The position numbers and the translations under genes are program-made. A stretch of 64,000 bases of DNA from Eledone cirrhosa (taxonomy: Eukaryota), in the NCBI GenBank assembly GCA_964016885.1, contig OZ024759.1, positions 15,624,001 to 15,688,000 on the forward strand. The letters run 5' to 3'. Position 1 is the first letter of the stretch. Each line of letters starts with the position of its first letter. Shown here one piece after another: positions 44,086-58,208 of this stretch. The notes under the pieces are model-generated. The model made no database searches. It saw only the letters and a list, made by a program, of their open reading frames with translations, and had not been told where the DNA came from.

Positions 44086-44425
44086 TGATATTAATAAATG
44101 GAAACTATATTTATAAAAGCATATTTATTTTACTATATATATTTCAAGGGCACCAAAAACTGGATATCCAAACGAAACCTGAACTGTTAAGGTCTGATTC
44201 CTGGGTATGTCACTATTTATAAAACAAATTTTGTATTTTATCTGATGAGAGCATACCAAAGTTTTGGTACCGTTGAAATATATATAATAGAATAAATATG
44301 GTTTTATAAATATAGTTTTCCATTTATTAATATCATTTATTATACTCCAGGTTACTGTTGAGTGCTTCGAATCTGTTATAAATAAATTTGTTGAATTACC
44401 AACAAATTAAATATCTCTTTGCTTA
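44083..44425 (+). mobile_element. PLE-like element: inverted partial pLTR + hammerhead pLTR + tail
   Basis: IR 44085-44160/44261-44336; hammerhead 44234-44294; tail tatactccaggttactgttgagtgc. Confidence 0.78.
44234..44294 (+). ncRNA. Minimal type I hammerhead ribozyme motif
   Basis: TATTTTAT CTGATGA ..TACCAAA GT TTTGGTA.. GAA ATATATAT A ATAGAATA (8-bp stem I). Confidence 0.75.
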
Positions 44426-44426
44426 T

Positions 44427-44490
<64 letters not shown>

Positions 44491-44724
44491 CACATATATA
44501 TGTATATATATATATACACACACACACACACATATATATATAATCGTTGAACAATGAAAGCAAAATAAGATATATTCAGTACTGAGGAAAACTGACCCAC
44601 ATTTAATACGATATTACGTTTCCACAGAAACAAATTTCGCCTTGGTTCGATCGGATATTCAACACTAACTGACTTCTAATAGAGTTATAAGCCCTACCTT
44701 AATTGAGGAGGATATGAGTGTGTG

Positions 44725-44768
<44 letters not shown>

Positions 44769-44798
44769 AAAGAGTAGAGGTGTAACACACAAGTTATT

Positions 44799-45121
44799 AT
44801 ATATTGGTAAACGGAATAGAAAATGCTGACAAATTGTTCACAGTTGAAAAATGGTTTAATTAGGAATAAAAGAGTATTAGTGATTGTATGGGTTAGTATT
44901 CAGTTGTGGTTTTAAGTTTTTAAGTTTTTACCGGTTGCGCATTTTCTAAATGCTTTTCAAAAATAATTTTGAAATAGAGTGTCCGTGCTGTTTGCTCTGA
45001 TCTTAAAAACTTAAAACCACAACTGAATACTAACCCATACAATCACTAATACTCTTTTATTCCTAATTAAACCATTTTTCAACTGTGAACAATTTGTCAG
45101 CATTTTCTATTCCGTTTACCC

Positions 45122-45128
<7 letters not shown>
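44799..45128. repeat. ~125-bp near-perfect inverted repeat with a ~77-bp spacer, between TA tracts
   Basis: atattggtaaacggaatag...tttaagtttttaag / cttaaaaacttaaaacc...ccgtttacccaatat. Confidence 0.9.
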
Positions 45129-45158
<30 letters not shown>

Positions 45159-45163
45159 ATATA

Positions 45164-45360
45164 TATTAAAATAACAGATTAAAATTTAAGCAAAGAATCG
45201 CTGCTTTTACCCTTAAACTGGATCCCGTTTAAGGGTGAAAGCACCGATTCTTTGCTTAAACTTTAATCTGTAATTTTAATAGGGTTCTTATATATTTGAT
45301 ATATATTTATCCATATCGAGCCCTCTTTGGATTTTAGTCATCAAATGTATTATTATTACT
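45164..45360. mobile_element. PLE-like fold-back, family of 11506-11718
   Basis: IR plus the tatcgagccctctttgg tail. Confidence 0.72.
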
Positions 45361-45387
45361 ATATATATAAACTTTTCAACCAATTTG

Positions 45388-45715
45388 ATTCTTCTTCTTG
45401 TGTCCACAAGAGTGTCAGTTACAAAGCTTGGCTAGATGTGGTTCCGCCACAGCTGAACACATTGCTGTTCTTTCTCATTAAACTCTGCCAAGTCCAATGC
45501 TGTGTAACGGTGTTCCAGCAGGGGGCATATCAGGAGGGGCTGCGTAGTCTGTGGTTCGATGCCACGGTCACACACAACATCCCCATCCTTTAAAATCACT
45601 ATTTTGCAAGATTGACTTTTGTACGTCCAACACCAGATCTTAGTCTGTTTAGACATTTCCACACATAGCTTGTATCTGCTCCGGAAGGAAGCAGTGCCTT
45701 GCTCGCCTTTACCTC
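45388..45715 (-). pseudogene. 3' end of a second non-LTR retrotransposon (CCHC-type C-terminus, (AAG)n tail)
   Basis: Minus strand: WKCLNRLRSGVGRTKVNLAK..VCDRGIEPQTTQPLLICPLL..TALDL..W*, then aagaagaag. Confidence 0.72.
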
Positions 45716-45914
45716 CATTTTTGTTACTGATGATGATGATGATGATGATGACGATGGCTGTGATTATAATAATTATCATAAGCATGGTAATGATGATGGT
45801 AATGGTGATGTTAATAGTGACGGCGGCGATTATGATGTGGCGATGATATGATGATGATGATGGTGATTGGAAGCGAAAGCATTATAGGAATTACAGATTG
45901 CGAAAGAGTGAGTA

Positions 45915-46208
45915 AGAGAGAGAGAGACGATGAGAGGGAGAGAGTGTGAGAAGGAGAGAGTGTGAGAGAGAGACGGTGAGAGTGTGAGAGAGAGACGGTG
46001 AGATGGAGAGAGTGTGAGAGAGAGACGGTGAGAGTGTGAGAAAGAGACGGTGAGAGGGAGAGAGTGTGAGAGAGAGACGGTGAGAGTGTGAGAGAGAGAC
46101 GGTGAGAGGGAGAGAGTGTGAGAGAGAGACGGAGGGAGAGAGTGTGAGAGAGAGACGGAGCGAGTGAGGGATGGAGAGAGAGATGGAGAGAGAGAGAGGA
46201 AGAGAGAA
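45915..46208. repeat. (GA)-based minisatellite (gagagacggtgagagtgt)
   Basis: Direct reading. Confidence 0.88.
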
Positions 46209-46476
46209 TACTCTTCCAAAATTATGTTAGAAAATAAATGGAAGAATGTCTGTCTGTGTGTGTGTGTGTGTATCTAGAAATGTATAGGTGTGTGTGCTTG
46301 TGTGTTTAAGTATAATTTGCGTGTGTGTAAGCGTGTGTATCTATCTGCGCGCTATGTGTCTATATATGTAGGCAACTTTGTATGTATGCACTTATGCGTC
46401 CATGTAGCTTTGCACATCTCTCTCTCTCTCACATATATATATATATATATATATATTTCGTTTCTGAAATAATCCC

Positions 46477-46673
46477 CAGTCACTGAAGAGGTCACAGAAT
46501 GTGTGACGAAAGAACTTTGACAATATATGAACAATCGTCTGGTTGTGGAACCAACCAACCAACCGGAAATTTATAAATTCCTAAATTTATAAATTTAATT
46601 TATAATAAATTGAAGTGAAAGCAACTGGTGCGTGTGTTTCTTATTGGCAACATGACCCTCCCAAAGCATAACA
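46477..46673 (+). mobile_element. PLE-like unit with a hammerhead motif (46479-46521)
   Basis: GTCA CTGAAGA G GTCAC..GTGAC GAAA GAACTT TGAC; homolog of 3907-4075. Confidence 0.75.
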
Positions 46674-46697
46674 ATATATATACATATATATATAAAT

Positions 46698-46900
46698 AAA
46701 ATAACAGGAGGCTGGACTGGTGTAAATCCTTGAAAGGTTTATTATACTATGATCATTTCAATGACCGGGTTCCATATGAATCCGGTGATATCATCAGGTA
46801 TTGGAATATAACAAAGGAATATGTAAAAAACCATGGGTCCGAAAAATCAAAGACAGAGAAGACGACTGACCAACTGGCTGCTTTCACCTCGGCCAGTCGC
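46698..46900 (-). mobile_element. PLE-like unit with an intact hammerhead motif (46745-46801)
   Basis: Minus strand: ATAC CTGATGA ..ACCGG..CCGGT.. GAA ATGATCAT A GTAT AATAAA. Confidence 0.78.
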
Positions 46901-46918
46901 CCTCATATATATATATAT

Positions 46919-46963
<45 letters not shown>

Positions 46964-47095
46964 AAAAAGTATGATCCGGACGGCAGAGCTCAAGCCGTTT
47001 CGACAGCTATTTCTGAGTCCACTCTACTATCCTAAGTATTGAGTATTCTGGTGCGTTATGGTCCACCTAGTATCTTGCCACACCCTCTATGTTAC

Positions 47096-47153
<58 letters not shown>

Positions 47154-47156
<3 letters not shown>

Positions 47157-47380
47157 AGGTAAACAGAAAAAACAACACAATCGGTACAGTATATGGAAGG
47201 AATATATTAGTGTAATGCTTGAAATAGCAGGAAGAGGGTCTCAACGTTTCGGGCGCTAGTCCTTCATCCGAAGAAAGAATTAAAAATTAGAACGATTAAA
47301 GGGACGAGCGGTGTGGAATCGGAAAAAAATGTGTTTAGAGAAAAATAAGTCCATTTATGTTGCCTTCTCTATGATGACAT
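47154..47380 (-). mobile_element. PLE-like unit with a mutated hammerhead core (CGGATGA); homolog 59457-59690
   Basis: Pairwise homology; minus strand cggatgaaggactagcgcccgaaacgttg. Confidence 0.7.
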
Positions 47381-47584
47381 GTACACAATCACTCACACAT
47401 AGGCGTCGATTGATGTAGATGTGTAAGTGTTTATATATATATGGGTGTGTATCTATATATATGTGTGTGGTGTGTAAGTGTGTAAGTGTGCGTGTTTTAC
47501 GAGTCTTTTGTAAGTGGATTTGAATATCTTTGTTTCTATGCATTTATGTATATGCGTATATTTGCATGTATGTGTATGCTGTAA

Positions 47585-47865
47585 AAGTGTATAGCTAAAT
47601 GTTTAGGCTGCTGAACCCATATGCACATGGTCGTGAGTTCGATTCCTGGAGATGCTCTGTGTCATTAAGCAAGACACTCTATTTCAGGTTGCTGCAGTAT
47701 CCGTATGTATATGTGTATATGTATGTATGTGTATTTGTGTATATTGTAAAGGCGTGTAGCTAAAGGGTTAGGCTGCTAGAGCCATAAGCGTATGGTTGTG
47801 AGTTCGATTCTTCGAGGTGCTCTGTGTCCTTAAACAAGACACTTTATTTCAGGATGCTCCAGTAC
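47585..47865 (+). mobile_element. Two tandem tRNA-SINE family B heads
   Basis: gtgtagctaaa..gttagg...gtgagttcgattc...aagacact.tatttcagg.tgct twice. Confidence 0.7.
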
Positions 47866-48008
47866 GAATATGTATGTGTGCATATATATATATATATGAT
47901 CCAGAAACATGTTGATTGTTCCTCAAAGCCAGTGTTGAACAAACAGGTGACGATCGGTGCCCGGCACGACACAGTTTCTATTCGGGTTCGTTTGTTTACA
48001 AACGAATC

Positions 48009-48992
48009 TAAACTCTAATCTGCCGAGTTTACACTCGCAAATAAGAAGAACAAGGGCTGCTCCTAGGAGCCTTGGATTTGGTGGACTTCATATTTGTTTC
48101 GGTTGCTGAACACAATCAGGGTCAGGGGTTACTGCTTCTCCTGAAGGTCAATAGTTCTCTTCTAATTTGGGATTTGGTGTACTTCATATTTGTTTCGGTT
48201 GCTGAACACAATCAGGGTCAGGGTTTACTGCTTCTCCTGAAGGTCAATAGTTCTCTTCTAATTTGGGATTTGGTGTACTTCATATTTGTTTCGGTTGCTG
48301 AACACAATCAGGGTCAGGGGTTACTGCTTCTCCTGAAGGTCAATAGTTCTCTTCTAATTTGGGATTTGGTGTACTTCATATTTGTTTCGGTTGCTGAACA
48401 CAATCAGGGTCAGGGTTTACTGCTTCTCCTGAAGGTCAATAGTTCTCTTCTAATTTGGGATTTGGTGGACTTCATATTTGTTTCGGTTGCTGAATACAAT
48501 CAGTATCAGGGTTTACTGCTTCTCCTGAAGGTCAATAGTTCTCTTCTAATTTGGGATTTGGTGTACTTCATATTTGTTTCGGTTGCTGAATACAATCAGG
48601 GGTCACTACTTTTCCTGAAGGTCAATAGTTCTCTTCTAACTCGAGCAGGAGTGCCTTTCCCTTGTCAATTTACATTGATCATCTGCAAAGCCGCATTGTT
48701 CTCAGAACCACTGCACCCACCAGTCTTTCGATGCGTGCAGCTGGAACTACTGCCACCCATTGATTTGGCAGGATTTTTTTTTTTTTTAGATGGCCGTTGA
48801 ATCTTATGAGTTCTTCCGCCGTTTGTGAGGTTTTCTATTTTGTCTTGCAGTGTGTCCAAAATCACCTTCCTCGCCAAGTAAACTTGGTGGGGTTGCCGGT
48901 TTAGTAGCCCACTACCCGACTATGCGACAAGTTGTACTGGGTTACACCCTACCAGTAGCACTCAAGAGTGACCCAACATAAATTGTAAATTC
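48009..48992 (-). mobile_element. ~1-kb non-autonomous retroelement with RTE-like leader, internal 96-bp array and 15-bp TSD
   Basis: TSD gtttacaaacgaatc at 47994-48008 and 48993-49007; leader homologous to 61622-61800; 3' part homologous to 63855-64000. Confidence 0.8.
48075..48640. repeat. 96-bp tandem repeat, about 6 copies
   Basis: gatttggtg starts at 48171, 48267, 48363 and 48459. Confidence 0.95.
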
Positions 48993-50562
48993 GTTTACAA
49001 ACGAATCGAACATTCTTATTAATGCTCGATATAAGCCATACATCCATATGTATATATGTGTGTGTATATGTATGCTGTAAAAGCGTATAGCTAAAAGGTT
49101 GGTCTGCTCTAGGCATATTCTTAAGCTCATGAGTTCGATTTCTGGTGGTGTGTTGCTACCATCCCCTTAGATGGCTAAACTTCGTTCTAATTGTAATTTA
49201 AAGGGCCAACGTTTTCAAATCACAGTATAACGTTGAATCTCCCTGAGAATTACGTAAAGAATACACGTGTCTGTGGACTGCTCGGCCACTGGCAAGTTAA
49301 TTTCCTGAGAAAGTTGTTCCATTGTTCGAACTGGAGCACTCATCGCTGGAACCAATGGAGGCCTAACAACATCCCCCACACACACACGTATCTATGAGTG
49401 TGTATGTGTGTGCTTAGTCTGTGCATGTGTGTGTGCTTATGTGTGTGCATGTGTGTGTCTGTATGTGTGTTTTTGTCTGTGTATGTATGCATATGTGCGT
49501 ACGTGAGTATGCGTATATATGAATGTGAGTGTGTGTGCGCATTTGTGTGTACATATGTATATGTGAGTGTACGTATGTATATGTATGCTTGTATGAATGT
49601 CTATTTGTGTGTGCACATGTGTGTTCATCTGTATATGTATGAAAATGTGTTTATATGTACGTGTGTTTATATGTACGTGTGTATGTATGTAATGTATGTA
49701 TGTATATATCATATATAAGTATTGTCTATGTATGCATGTATGTATGTATGTATGCATCATATGTATGTATGTATGTGCGTATGTATGTTATGTATGTATG
49801 TAAGTGTGTTTGTATGTATGTAAGTGTGTTTGCATGTATGCATGTATGTTTGTTTGTACATGAAATTGTTTCTCGTTTGTTAGAACGTGTAAATGAATGT
49901 CGGATTAAGTGTATTTCAATCATTCTATTCATCTATTCCTATGTTCCTCTATTTCTCTTATATTCCTCTGATCCTGTGTTCCTGTGTTCGTGTGTTCGTC
50001 TATTCGTGTGTTCGTTTGTTCGTGTATTCACGTTGTTTTTGCGTGTAGTTCCTTCACCCATCCACACGTTTATTGTAACATTCAGCTTCCAAGGATTGAC
50101 TAAATCAACAAATCTCACAGAATTACACACGTGCTTTTAAGCTCTCACGTATTCCCCCACCGTCACCGCCACCACCAACACCACCCCACCCATCAATTCA
50201 CACATACGCTCACACACGCTCACTGGCACACACGTTCATAGCTAAGCTCACCTAATATCCTAATTGCCCAAACATGCATACTTGCACGCACACATTTTAA
50301 AACTCATACATGCTAACATATATGTAAGCACCCCTATCTGAACACATATACAAATACACTCACACACACATATATGTGTGCGTGTGTGTGTGTATGTATG
50401 TGTGTTTGTGTGAGTGAGTGTGTGTATATGTGCGTGTCTGTATAATGTATATATACACATTCATGCATACACACACATTCAAACAAATATATATGCAGAT
50501 ATATGTGTATATATATACATATATGCCTACCTGAATACACACATACAAATACACACACACGC

Positions 50563-50623
<61 letters not shown>

Positions 50624-50914
50624 CGCGTGCGTGCGTTTCTGTGCGTGTTTGTGTATAATGTATATGTACACTTACATGCATACATACATCCTACATACAT
50701 ATACACACATACAAACAAACATATGCACACACATATATATATATATGTGTATGCCTACCTGAATACACATATACAAACACACACACACACACACACGTGT
50801 ATATATATGTATGTATGTATATATATATGCATATATGTGTGTGTATGTATACATACGTGTGTGTATATGTGTGTGGGACAGTGTGCGTGTGTGTGTATGT
50901 GTGTGAACGCCTTC

Positions 50915-51150
50915 AAGACACTTTATCTCATGATGTTCCTGTCAACAGATGGAGGAACCCCAGCTGTATTTCAAATTGATTCATACACTACAACAGCCAT
51001 CCAGCTTCGCGGAGCCCATAGTCAGACAGCTGCTATCGATGCGATTTTACCGAGGTCAGCTGTCCGATGTCCGAGGACGCCTGAGGTCTCGACGGTGACC
51101 TCGTGCAAAGAGGAAGTGGCCTGTCAAGCTCCGGTATTTGCCTGAATATT
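50915..51150 (-). pseudogene. Decayed C-terminus of a restriction-like-endonuclease (CRE-type) non-LTR element
   Basis: Frameshifted minus translation KYRSLTGHFLFA / VTVETSGVLGH..LGKIA / REAGWLL..EIQLG..GT resembles the KY..L..F.P..VET.G..G..IQRGN pattern. Confidence 0.5.
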
Positions 51151-51377
51151 TGTTTAAATATTAGTTTGAAAGCAGAGGCAACGGTGACGAACTTCAACTA
51201 ATCTTGTCAGCAGAACCTCCTCCATACGGTTTAAATATACAACAAGTCTCCGATGTCCGGATGGTTCAGTGTGAGCTAAAGGACATCCATGAGTCATAAC
51301 CTGCATGAGGCCCAACCGCCTAAGAGTATGAGAAGTTAAATGCCGAAACACGCGTTTGAGCAGAGGTTTACTCTCTT

Positions 51378-52645
51378 AAGACCTTCTGCTGTCCAGATCT
51401 CCTGAGAGTTTCTTCTCTGAAGACAATCCTGCTGTCCAGCTCTCCTGAGAGTTTCTTCTCTGAAGAACTGCTGTCGAGCTCTTCTAATAGTTTCTTCTCT
51501 GAAAACCTTCTGCTATCCAGCTCTAATGAGAGTTTCTTCTCTGAAGACAATCCTGCTGTCCAGCTCTCCTGAGATTTTCTTCTCTGAAGATCTTCTGCTG
51601 TCCAGCTCTCCTGAGATTTTCTTTGAAGACCTTCTGCTGTCCAGCTCTCCTGAGAGTTTCTTCTCTGAAGACCTTCTGCTATCCAGCTCTAATGAGAGTT
51701 TCTTCTCTGAAGACCTTTTGCTGTCCAGCTCTCCTGAGAGTTTCTTCTCTGAAGACCTTCTGCTATCCAGCTCTCCTGAGAGTTTCTTCTCTGAAGACCT
51801 TCTGCTATCCAGCTCACCTGAGAGTTTCTTCTCTGAAGACATTCTGCTGTCCACCTCTCCTGAGAGTTTCTTCTCTGAAGACATTCTGCTGTCCAGCTCT
51901 CCTGAGAGTTTCTTCTCTGAAGACTTTCTGCTATCCAGCTCAACTGAGAGTTTCTTCTCTGAAGACCTTCTGCTGTCCAGCTCACCTGAGAGTTTCTTCT
52001 CTGAAGACATTCTGCTGTCCAGCTCTCCTGAGAGTTTCTTCTCTGAAGACTTTCTGCTATCCAGCTCAACTGAGAGTTTCTTCTCTGAAGACCTTCTGCT
52101 GTCCAGCTCACCTGAGAGTTTCTTCTCTGAAGACAATCCTGCTATCCAGCTCTTCTGAGTTTCTTCTCTGAAGACCTCCTGCTATCCAGCTCTCCTGAGA
52201 GTTTCTTCTCTGAAGACAATCCTGCTATCCAGCTCTTCTGAGTTTCTTCTCTGAAGACCTTCTGCTATCGAGCTCTCCTGAGAGTTTCTTCTCTGAAGAC
52301 CTTTTGCTGTCCAGCTCTCCTGAGAGTTTCTTCTCTGAAGACCTTTTGCTGTCCAGCTCTCCTGAGAGTTTCTTCTCTGAAGACTTTCTGCTATCCAGCT
52401 CAACTGAGAGTTTCTTCTCTGAAGACCTTCTGCTATCCAGCTCACCTCAGAGTTTCTTCTCTGAAGACCTTCTGCTGATCTCCAGCGCTCCTGAAAGTTT
52501 ATCTCTGAAGACCCTCTGCTGTGTAGCTCTCCTGAAAGTTTCTTTTCTGAAGATCTGCTGCTGTCCTCCAGCTCTCCTGGACGTTTCTTTTCTGAAGACC
52601 TGCTGCTGTCCAACTCTCCTGAGAATTTCTTCTCTGAAGACCTTC
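51378..52645. repeat. 42-bp minisatellite, about 30 copies
   Basis: ccagctctcctgagagtttcttctctgaagaccttctgct(g/a)t; period 42 (51641, 51683). Confidence 0.96.
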
Positions 52646-52949
52646 TGTGTGTATGTACGTGTATGTGTAGCTTCGAGTCTACGTATGTCTGTGTATGTAT
52701 GTGTGTCTATGGATGTATGTGTGTATATGTGTGAGCATGTCTATGTGCGTGAGTATGTGTGCGTGTGCGTTTATTTTCGAGTCCGCATATGTTTGTATCT
52801 GTAAGTGCGTGTATGTATGTGAGTATGGATGTTTCCGGTGTGTCTATGTACGTGTGTATGTCCATGTGTCTGTATGTGAGTAAGGCTGTTAACTGATGTA
52901 TGTATGTACATGTATGTATGTACGTGTATGTATGCGTGTGTATATATAT

Positions 52950-54650
52950 GTATGTATCTAAATATTGCTGTTACCTGTGTATGTGTATGTTTGTGCGTAT
53001 GTGTGTATGTGTGAATGTGCGTGGGTGTATGTATGTATGTGTGTGTATGTGTGCATGTATATGTATGCGTGTATATGTATGCGTGTGTATGTATATGTAT
53101 GTATTTAAATATGACTCTTACCTTTGTATGTGCATGTACGTATGTATGTACGTATGTGTGTGTATATATGTATGTATCTAAATACGGTTGTTACCTGTGT
53201 ATGTATGTTTGTGAGTATGTGTGTATGTGTGTGTGTACGTGTGTGTGTATGTGTGCGTGTGTATGTATATGTATGTATTGAAATATGACTTAGCTCTATA
53301 TGTGCATGTACGTATGTGTATGTATGTATGCGTGTGTATATATATATATGTATGCATCTAAATACGGCTATTACCCTTGTATGTATATGTTTGTGAGTAC
53401 GTGTGTATGTACGTGTGTGTATGTCTGCGTGTGTATATATATGCATGTTACCTCTGTGTATGTATGTACGTATGTGTATGTATGTATGCGTGTGTATATA
53501 TATATGTATGCATCTAAATACGGCTATTACCCTTGTATGTATATGTTTGTGAGTACGTGTGTATGTGTGTGTATGTCTGCGTGTGTATATATATATGTAT
53601 GTATGTATCTAAATACGGCTATTACCCTTGTATGTATATGTTTGTGAGTACGTGTGTATGTGTGTGTATGTCTGCGTGTGTATATATATATGTATGCATC
53701 TAAATACGGCTATTACCCTTGTATGTATATGTTTGTGAGTACGTGTGTATGTGTGTGTATGTCTGCGTGTGTATATATATATGTATGCATCTAAATACGG
53801 CTATTACCCTTGTATGTATATGTTTGTGAGTACGTGTGTATGTGTGTGTATGTCTGCGTGTGTATATATATATGTATGCATCTAAATACGGCTCTTACCC
53901 TTGTATGTATATGTTTGTGAGTACGTGTGTATGTGTGTGTATGTCTGCGTGTGTATATATATATGTATGCATCTAAATACGGCTCTTACCCTTGTATGTA
54001 TATGTTTGTGAGTACGTGTGTATGTCTGCGTGTGTATGTCTGCGTGTGTATATATATATGTATGCATCTCAATACGGCTATTACCCTTGTATGTATATGT
54101 TTGTGAGTACGTGTGTATGTGTGTGTATGTCTGCGTGTGTATATATATATGTATGCATCTAAATACGGCTCTTACCCTTGTATGTATATGTTTGTGAGTA
54201 CGTGTGTATGTATGTGTGTGTATGTATGCGTGTGTATATATATATGTATGCATCTCAATACGGCTATTACCCTTGTATGTATATGTTTGTGAGTACGTGT
54301 GTATGTGTGTGTATGTCTGCGTGTGTATATATATATGTATGCATCTCAATACGGCTATTACCCTTGTATGTATATGTTTGTGAGTACGTGTGTATGTCTG
54401 CGTGTGTATGTCTGCGTGTGTATATATATATGTATGCATCTCAATACGGCTATTACCCTTGTATGTATATGTTTGTGAGCACGTGTATATGTCTGCGTGT
54501 GTATATATATATATGTATGCATCTCAATACGGCTATTACCCTTGTATGTATATGTTTGTGAGTACGTGTGTATGTCTGCGTGTGTATGTCTGCGTGTGTA
54601 TATATATATGTATGCATCTCAATACGGCTATTACCCTTGTATGTATGTGT
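52950..54650. repeat. ~91-bp minisatellite built on a TG/TA scaffold
   Basis: catctaaatacggctattacccttg at 53701, 53792, 53883 etc. Confidence 0.93.
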
Positions 54651-54869
54651 GTGTATATGCGTGGGCGTATATATAATATACTCTAAGTGTTTATACATAT
54701 GAAACCTTAAAACTGAGCAGATATAACAAGACTTAAATCTATTTCAGAATACAGCTCGGTATAAGTAATATGTGGTGAAAGTTGCCTAACATTTACTACA
54801 GATGTATGGTTTAGTAACTAAACTATACATCTGTGTATAAAGGAAGTAACAGTATTTATCTCACATTGA

Positions 54870-56230
<1,361 letters not shown>

Positions 56231-56553
56231 GTAAAAGTGAGTAACTTTACCATAGATAATTATTCATTCGCCAAAAGACACGAGAGTTCATTACAAATTT
56301 CAAACAGAGTCTTATTGCTTCCGGTGAAAATTTTCTTCGCCTTGACCTCGCGTTTTTTCTAATGTTTATCCCGTGTCTGTCGGCGGCGCTAAAGAGAAGC
56401 TACCTTGGTGCGTGAATGCACCCTCCGGTCTCGACGAATAATCGTCCATATCTCACCCCTAACTTATTAATTTTTCAGATTTTTTTCCACCTACCTCTGT
56501 TCTTATTCCCACCCAGTCCTTCTCTGCGCCGTTTATTATATTTTGCTAATCAA

Positions 56554-56740
56554 GGGCGGTGGATTTGCAGTATCGGTAGAGGGTCGTACCTCATGCTTTA
56601 CAGCGTAGAATTACGGCCCTTTGCGGTTTGAGTTCAAATCCCGCTGAGGTTAACTTTGCCTTTCATCCTTACGGGGTTGATAAAATAAAGTACCAGTAAT
56701 GTACTGGGATAATTGCTTGCTTGTGTCAAAAGTAGAAACA
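56554..56740 (+). mobile_element. tRNA-derived SINE family A (MetaSINE-like central domain), 17-bp TSD
   Basis: A/B boxes; ggttaactttgcctttcatccttacggggttgataaaataaagtacc; TSD attatattttgctaatc at 56535-56551 and 56741-56757. Confidence 0.9.
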
Positions 56741-56984
56741 ATTATATTTTGCTAATCTATCTCCGGTGAAATTTTATTTTAAGTTGTAACCTTCCTGCGA
56801 CAATTAATTTCCTATATATATATTTAAAAAAAAAAAAAACATTATATATGACAAAAAAGTATATTATTAGAATACATATTATTTATAGGATAAACAGGTT
56901 AGGTTGGGTCTCAATATGTAAACTAAACGTCTAAATCTGGTTTTGACAAAGTAGGAAAAATACGGATTTAATGAAAGATACAGC

Positions 56985-57330
56985 AACTCACAGCAACACA
57001 GACTTTCGTCTAGTAAAATGTAGCAACATACAGCAATACTTAGCAACACATATAACACATAGCAACTCATGGCAAAACACCGCAGCACATAACAGCACAT
57101 GGCAACACATAGCAACACATAACACCTTATAACAGACAGCATACCATAGAACATCTTATAACCATGGCAACATTTAACAAGTAACAGCAGTACACAGAAA
57201 ACCATAGCAACACACAGCAATGCATAGCAACACAAAATAGCCATAGCAACATACACAACACACAACAAGTCATAGCACGCAATAGCCATAGCAACACAGT
57301 AGTCATAGCAACACATGCGCAACAAACAGC
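56985..57330. repeat. Degenerate (ATAGCAACAC)-type repeat
   Basis: Recurring tagcaacac. Confidence 0.75.
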
Positions 57331-58208
57331 AATGAAATATTTATTTTTTTAATCAAATATCTTCTCTCCCTCCCATTCGTTAGATTAACAAGTAATTTTA
57401 TTAACTAGTAATTTTATAAACTAGGAGTTTCTTCGACACGCTGGCGCGCGCGTGTGTTGCATATGTGTACGCCTGTGTGTGTGTGTGCATACATTTATAT
57501 GTATGAGTATATAAATATAAACGCGCTAACACAGACACACTTACAAAAATACACACGCAGACATGCATTCACACATACATTCACAGAAACAAATACGCAG
57601 CATAACAAATGGAACGCCAGTTGCTATTTTGCTATAGATTTTTCACCACCCACTTCCTTCCTTTTACACACACATACATTCACACAGGCAGCAGACGTAA
57701 AGGGGGAGGAGTAGTATGAGGTAGTCAAACTACCCCTCTCTCTTTACGTATTGCGACAGAATCACAGAAATTTATATATAGATATTAATACTTTCTCTGT
57801 GGTTAATCTTGCAATTTTATCGATACGAAGCAAATTAATAAATATCAATATTGATAATTTCCAGTGTGGAATCAAACGCCATATTTCTCCGTATTTGCGG
57901 GGTTTGTTATTACGTTTGGTTTTCTCTATTAATTAAATCTGCCAACCAAACAACAATTCATCTCTGACAGATCTTTGAAGACCTACACAGGGGTCCTCTA
58001 TTGATAATGGATTTTTAAACCCGAAAATATTTGAGATAATTAAATTTGCTAAAGTAAAATTCTATCGTCCTCATTCTTTCCTCTATAACACCTATTATTT
58101 TGACACCTTTAAACTTCTATGCATTGTAGGGTTTTTAAACTTATCTAAATTTGTATTTCCTATTCCACAATGCTTCAAGCAAACTACAACATTCTGTTAA
58201 TTATATTT

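Noticed and set aside
48075-48640. Possible CRISPR-like array (also 51378-52645 and 52950-54650)
   Set aside because: Units are repeated in full with no unique spacers; eukaryotic context and no cas genes
57404-57783. Possible second Helentron-like element (actagt start, acagaatcacaga...ttatatatagat end)
   Set aside because: Single copy in the window; termini resemblance alone is insufficient
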